Shown here: one piece after another, positions 17,301 to 20,339 of the stretch
How positions within the stretch are numbered: the stretch's first letter is position 1
Layout of the letters: the number at the start of each line of letters is the position of its first letter
Assembly (NCBI GenBank): GCA_963825055.1
Contig: CAWGSK010000026.1
Coordinates: forward strand, 1 to 20,339
Length of the DNA stretch: 20,339 nt
DNA from: an uncultured Gemmatimonadales bacterium
GTDB taxonomy: Bacteria > Gemmatimonadota > Gemmatimonadetes > Gemmatimonadales > GWC2-71-9
Reading direction: 5' to 3'
Notes under the pieces: generated by a model
Told to the model about the DNA's origin: nothing
Database searches by the model: none
The model's input: only the letters and a program-made list of their open reading frames with translations
Program-made: the position numbers and the translations under genes

Positions 17301-17377
17301 CCATCGTCACCCTGGTCATGCTGCCGGTGGGCCTTGAGTGGCTCGGGGCGCTCCGGGAGCGTTCCGACGGTATGTGA
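14324..17377 (+). CDS. RND efflux permease (AcrB/CzcA superfamily)
   Basis: 1017 aa. SLNLMSLGGLAVAIGLIIDDAVVVVENI (TM4), STLTTVVVFAPL, FLPAMDEG, GLVVKNGIILLD, RMRPILMTT and QRPLAIAVVGGL. GTGA overlap with the MFP gene. Confidence 0.95.
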   Translation: MTLSELTYRHRRLIYLLVVAVTGAGLLALFSLPASIYPEANFSRIAIIAQSATRGPRDMTVAVTRPIEEAMGGVLELRRIRSRTVQGGVEISLDFSPSADIQVALQQVQGRLAALRADLPPDVSLFADRLTPSAFPIIQYQLTGASPIVLRDLAQYLIRPRLAGLPDVGSVEVQGGRVRQITIALDPARLTSTGIGVSEVADAVRSANVVTAAGRISRNYRQYSVIVSGLTPDPAAVGEVVVRQSDGRNVRVADLGHVAYGMDDQFQIFTGDGRPAALINVSRQLNGNVLTVEHGVAAVMDSIRPQLPRGAQLELVYNQAALVRESVGSVRDAMLLGGFFAVLVLLVFLGNWRVTLAAALTLPLSVIGTFAGLRLAGQSLNLMSLGGLAVAIGLIIDDAVVVVENIERRLALHPDDPPGEVVRRGTDEIFGAVAGSTLTTVVVFAPLGLLEGVVGDFFRSFAIALAISVVLSLVLAMTLIPALVEHWLLSAGVLSSRRGLSLAKLEAWYTRRVAGILRHRRLALLGVAGLVVLAVGLSRVMGTDFLPAMDEGGFILDYWTPTGSSLAETDRELRQIEGILKADPDVQAFSRRTGTELGFAATAPNRGDFTVLLKPVSARSSSVYEVMDRVRVRIETETPEVRVEFVQLLQDIIGDLAGNPEPVEVKLFSADQAAAERSGVAIGNAIDTIPGLVDVFNGVQGRDPEVRVALDPRAARRLGLTNEAVSDQARASLFGAEAGTAREFDRLVPIVARLPDSVRFDPGIVSRLPVVGPDGWAPLASLGSVRDTSEAAELQRENLRPLIAVTGRVSGSSLGAVMQRVRQAVSKVPLPAGVELELGGQYVSQRRAFRQLFLVFLLATVAVLGVLVAQFRSYRGALAIALAAPLGITGAFLALVVTRVPFNVSSFMGLILLIGLVVKNGIILLDAAMRQREAGLGEEEALVEAGRIRMRPILMTTLCTLAGLLPLAFGFGSGSELQRPLAIAVVGGLTLSTIVTLVMLPVGLEWLGALRERSDGM

Positions 17378-17441
17378 CCTGCTTCCTCGACGTCACGCCT
17401 GTCCGGGGGTTTATTCCGGGACGTGAAAGGGGGAAGCCGGC

Positions 17442-18335
17442 GTGACGCTACGAGACTTCGGCAGGCTGCTCAAGCAGACGGCCATTGGATGGGACAGCGA
17501 CAACATCGCCCGGCACGGGGCGGCGCTTTCCTTCTATGCCCTCTTTTCGATGGCGCCCCTCCTGCTCGTTGTGATCGCCATCTCCGGCATGCTGTTCCCC
17601 CCCTCGACGGTCGAGACCCAGCTGCTGGCGGAGATCCGGGCCATGATCGGGTCCGAGGGTGCGAACACGGTCCAGACCGTCATCCGCAATGCCTCGCTCC
17701 CTGGCAGGAGCATCCCCGCAATCATCGTGGGTGGCCTGACTTTTTTCCTGGGGGCCACGGCGGCGTTCGCGGCTCTGCAGGGAGCGCTGAACGCGGTCTG
17801 GAACGTGGAGCCGCGAGCCGGAAGCGCCATCTGGAGTTTTGTCCGGACCCGGATCCTGTCGTTCGCGATGGTGGTGGGGGCCGGATTCCTGCTGTTGGTG
17901 TCGCTGGTGTTGAGCGCGGGCCTTTCGGCCCTGTCCGATGCGGTGGGGCGGCTCATTCCGGGGCCCGTGGCCGTCTGGCAGGCGGCCGATACGCTTCTCA
18001 CCTTCGGCGTGGTGACCCTCCTGTTCGCCGGGATCTACAAGGTGCTGCCGGACGTGGAGCTGACCTGGGCGGATGTCTGGAGGGGCGCGGCGATCACCGC
18101 GGCGTTCTTCACCGGGGGCAAGTTCCTCATCGGCCTCTACCTGGGGCAGAGTGCCATCGCCTCGAGCTATGGCGCGGCCGGGTCGCTCGTGGTGCTGCTC
18201 TTCTGGATCTACTACAACTCGCAGATCGTCCTGCTCGGCGCCGAGTTCACCCAGAAGTACGTGCTGGAGTATCGGCACCAGAAGGTGCGGCCGTCGGAGC
18301 ATGCGGAGGAGACAGTGACTAGTGGTAGTGACTAG
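17442..18335 (+). CDS. yihY: YihY/virulence factor BrkB family membrane protein
   Basis: AALSFYALFSMAPLL, LQGALNAVW, IYKVLPD and SSYGAAGSLVVLLFWIYYNSQIVLLGAEF, with about six TM helices. Confidence 0.9.
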   Translation: MTLRDFGRLLKQTAIGWDSDNIARHGAALSFYALFSMAPLLLVVIAISGMLFPPSTVETQLLAEIRAMIGSEGANTVQTVIRNASLPGRSIPAIIVGGLTFFLGATAAFAALQGALNAVWNVEPRAGSAIWSFVRTRILSFAMVVGAGFLLLVSLVLSAGLSALSDAVGRLIPGPVAVWQAADTLLTFGVVTLLFAGIYKVLPDVELTWADVWRGAAITAAFFTGGKFLIGLYLGQSAIASSYGAAGSLVVLLFWIYYNSQIVLLGAEFTQKYVLEYRHQKVRPSEHAEETVTSGSD

Positions 18336-18416
18336 TGGCTAGTGACTGGTGATAAGCGATCAGGGCTTCCGGATCAGGATACCTAACCGAAAGCACTACT
18401 CACTGCGCACTACTCA
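18314..18416. repeat. Heptamer tandem repeats in inverted arrangement between convergent genes
   Basis: Left arm AGTGACT AGTGGT AGTGACT AGTGGCT AGTGACT GGTGAT (18314-18353). Right arm GCACTACTCA twice with a 14-nt period (18393-18402, 18407-18416). TAGTG on the left is complementary to CACTA on the right. Confidence 0.75.
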
Positions 18417-18421
18417 TCGTG

Positions 18422-20305
18422 CTACAGGATCACCCTGACCCCTCCGAGCTCCTCGATCCGGTGCGGAAACCGGTCCCCCGGTGTCCCGATGAACATGTAG
18501 TTCTTCTCCACGCCCAGGCGGCGGCTCAGGCTCTCGATGAGCCCGGGGCCGAACGTGCCCTTGACGGCGAGAAAGTCCACGCGGAGCTGGGGATAGAGGC
18601 GGTCGATCGTGGCAAGCGACTGGGCGAGGTCCTTCGGGATGGTGTCTTCCTGCTCGTAGACGTACACCACCTTCATCCGCGTCGTCTGCTCGTTCTTGAG
18701 CACGTAGAGCGCCGCACGGTTCAGCACGGCGACATCATCGCCCTTGGTGAAATAGACCACGGCGCGCCGGTTGATCTCGTTGATCTTCCGGACCACCGTC
18801 ACCCGGATCCATTCCGCCGACCGGCCCATCCGCTCGATGATGGCGCGGGACGTCGAAAGCAGGGCCTGCAGGATCTGGACTCGAAGGAACATCACGCCGA
18901 CGGCGGCCAGGGCCACGATGAAGTAGACCGCGAAGATCTCCACGTTGAGCGGATCGAGCATGATGTTGCCAAGCAGGCCGAGCAGGACGGCCAGAAGCGC
19001 CAGGGTCACGGTCGGCCAGCTGGCCCGTTCGGTCCGGGGCAGCTTGGCGCGCGTCCGCTTGAGGAGCATGTTGCCGATGGCGAAGAGCGCCATGACGCTC
19101 AGGAAGCTCAGCGTGTAGACGCCGGCGAGCGTCTCGATCCGGCCCCTGGTGACCAGGAGGATCGACGTGCAGAGCGCGAAGAAGCCGAGGATGATCCAGT
19201 GGTTAGTGCCGCGCTGGCGGTTTTCCCGGAGCAGGAACTGCGGGAGGCAGCGGTCGAGGCTCATCCGCCGGACAAGTCCGGTCACGCCCACGTAGCTCGT
19301 CAGCACGGCGCCGCTCAGGACCAGGACGGCGTCCAGGCTGACCCACCAGCCCAGCCACTGCCCGGCGGAGAGGCTGCCCATCTTGGCCAGCAGGTCGGGG
19401 GGGACCTGCTGGATCGTGGCCAGGGGAAGCAGCCCGAGGGAGAGCAGGCTGATCAGCGGATTGAACACCGCCACCACGAGCCACATGTTCCGGAGGGTCT
19501 TCGGGAAGACCCCCTCGCGCTGCTCTTCGATGAAGTTTGCGCTGCTCTCGAATCCGCTGATGCCCAGCATGGCGGCGGCGAACCCGAAGAAGAGGGCCGA
19601 GCCCAGGCCGCGCGGGTCCGGCAGGCTCCAGTTGGCGGCGAGCAGGGAGGGGTCCGAGATCACCTGCGTTCCAGCAGTGGCCGCGAGGACGGTCAGGGTC
19701 AGCAGGTGCAGGACGAAGATGACCAGCGCGACCACGGCCGATTCCGTGATGCCGAGGATGTTGAGGAGCGCGAACAGGCCGAGGACGCCGACCGTGGCCC
19801 AGGCGACGTTGAGCCCGTGCACCAGGTTGTGCGCATAATGCATCGCCTCGCTCGCGCTGATGACCGCGGTGGCGATGTACGAGAGCAGGGTGAGGCACGC
19901 GGCGCCCGCCGCGAGCTTCTTGTTGGTAGTGTTGAGCAGGACGGTGTAGGTGCCGCCATTGAGTGGCAGGGCGCTCCCCACCTCGGCGTAGACCCGTCGA
20001 TAAAAATAGAGCACCCCGGCGACGATCAGCAGGACGATCGGTGCCAGGGCACCCGCCTGTGCCGCACAGAGGGCCGAGACGTACAGCACGCTGGAGCTGA
20101 TGTCGTTCCCGCAGATGGCCGTTGAGGGCCACGTGCCCAGCATGTGGCGGTCGGGCTGGTCGAGGTGGGAGACGGAGTCGGGGTGATCCTCGAGGTCGAC
20201 GAGCCGCTCGGCCTTTCCCCAGCCCGCGAACTCCCACGATTCGGGGGCGTTGCCAAGGGCGGGTCCGGAGGCCCGGGCCCTGTCTCCGGTCTTCTCGTCG
20301 CTCAC
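18422..20305 (-). CDS. APC-superfamily transporter with C-terminal cytoplasmic domain (KimA/KUP-like residues)
   Basis: About 12 hydrophobic segments; GNDISSSVLY (TM1), PLNGGTY, ISGFESSAN and MSLDRCLP. A soluble alpha/beta C-terminal domain follows. GTG 20305 has SD GGAGG upstream (20314-20310). Confidence 0.85.
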   Translation of the reverse strand: MSDEKTGDRARASGPALGNAPESWEFAGWGKAERLVDLEDHPDSVSHLDQPDRHMLGTWPSTAICGNDISSSVLYVSALCAAQAGALAPIVLLIVAGVLYFYRRVYAEVGSALPLNGGTYTVLLNTTNKKLAAGAACLTLLSYIATAVISASEAMHYAHNLVHGLNVAWATVGVLGLFALLNILGITESAVVALVIFVLHLLTLTVLAATAGTQVISDPSLLAANWSLPDPRGLGSALFFGFAAAMLGISGFESSANFIEEQREGVFPKTLRNMWLVVAVFNPLISLLSLGLLPLATIQQVPPDLLAKMGSLSAGQWLGWWVSLDAVLVLSGAVLTSYVGVTGLVRRMSLDRCLPQFLLRENRQRGTNHWIILGFFALCTSILLVTRGRIETLAGVYTLSFLSVMALFAIGNMLLKRTRAKLPRTERASWPTVTLALLAVLLGLLGNIMLDPLNVEIFAVYFIVALAAVGVMFLRVQILQALLSTSRAIIERMGRSAEWIRVTVVRKINEINRRAVVYFTKGDDVAVLNRAALYVLKNEQTTRMKVVYVYEQEDTIPKDLAQSLATIDRLYPQLRVDFLAVKGTFGPGLIESLSRRLGVEKNYMFIGTPGDRFPHRIEELGGVRVIL

Positions 20306-20339
20306 TCTGCCTCCATGTAACGTCGGGGTCCCGGCGGCG

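Noticed and set aside
17387..17415. Possible yihY promoter TCGACG-N17-TTTATT
   Set aside because: The -10 lacks the conserved A at position 2, so it is too weak to call.
18314..18416. Short repeats considered as a CRISPR array
   Set aside because: The units are 6-7 nt with no spacers, and no cas genes are present.
18419..20125. 568-aa plus-strand ORF opposite the APC transporter
   Set aside because: Mirror-frame ORF caused by GC3 bias. The minus-strand frame carries the transporter motifs and an SD.

Overview
High-GC bacterial chromosomal window (by eye about 70% GC). The gene set and style suggest Gemmatimonadota, but this is inference only. The left third is a co-oriented housekeeping run: the 3' end of a membrane-protein gene (possibly murJ), uvrC, threonine synthase, a lone larC, an exported TPR protein, then tRNA-Gly(CCC) with its own sigma70-type promoter. 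After the tRNA comes a stress/metal-homeostasis block. It contains hsp20 plus an Acg-type nitroreductase (minus strand), a divergent FetAB/YbbLM-type ABC pair, and a six-gene operon: exported tandem-PepSY protein, CusR-like regulator, CusS-like kinase, TolC-family protein, membrane fusion protein and RND pump. A YihY-family gene and a convergent APC-fold transporter with KimA/KUP-like potassium-site residues end the window. The best candidate for an undescribed system is the PepSY-two-component-RND operon. It is preceded by a near-canonical Pho-box-type direct repeat exactly 10 nt above an extended -10, its kinase lacks the F-box, and its pump has an AcrB-type proton relay with no obvious CusA-type Met/His sites. 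A second 11-bp-period direct repeat sits above hsp20-acg, and an inverted heptamer-repeat array lies between the last two genes. No integrase, transposase or CRISPR array was seen. All family calls rest on motif recognition, not database searches.
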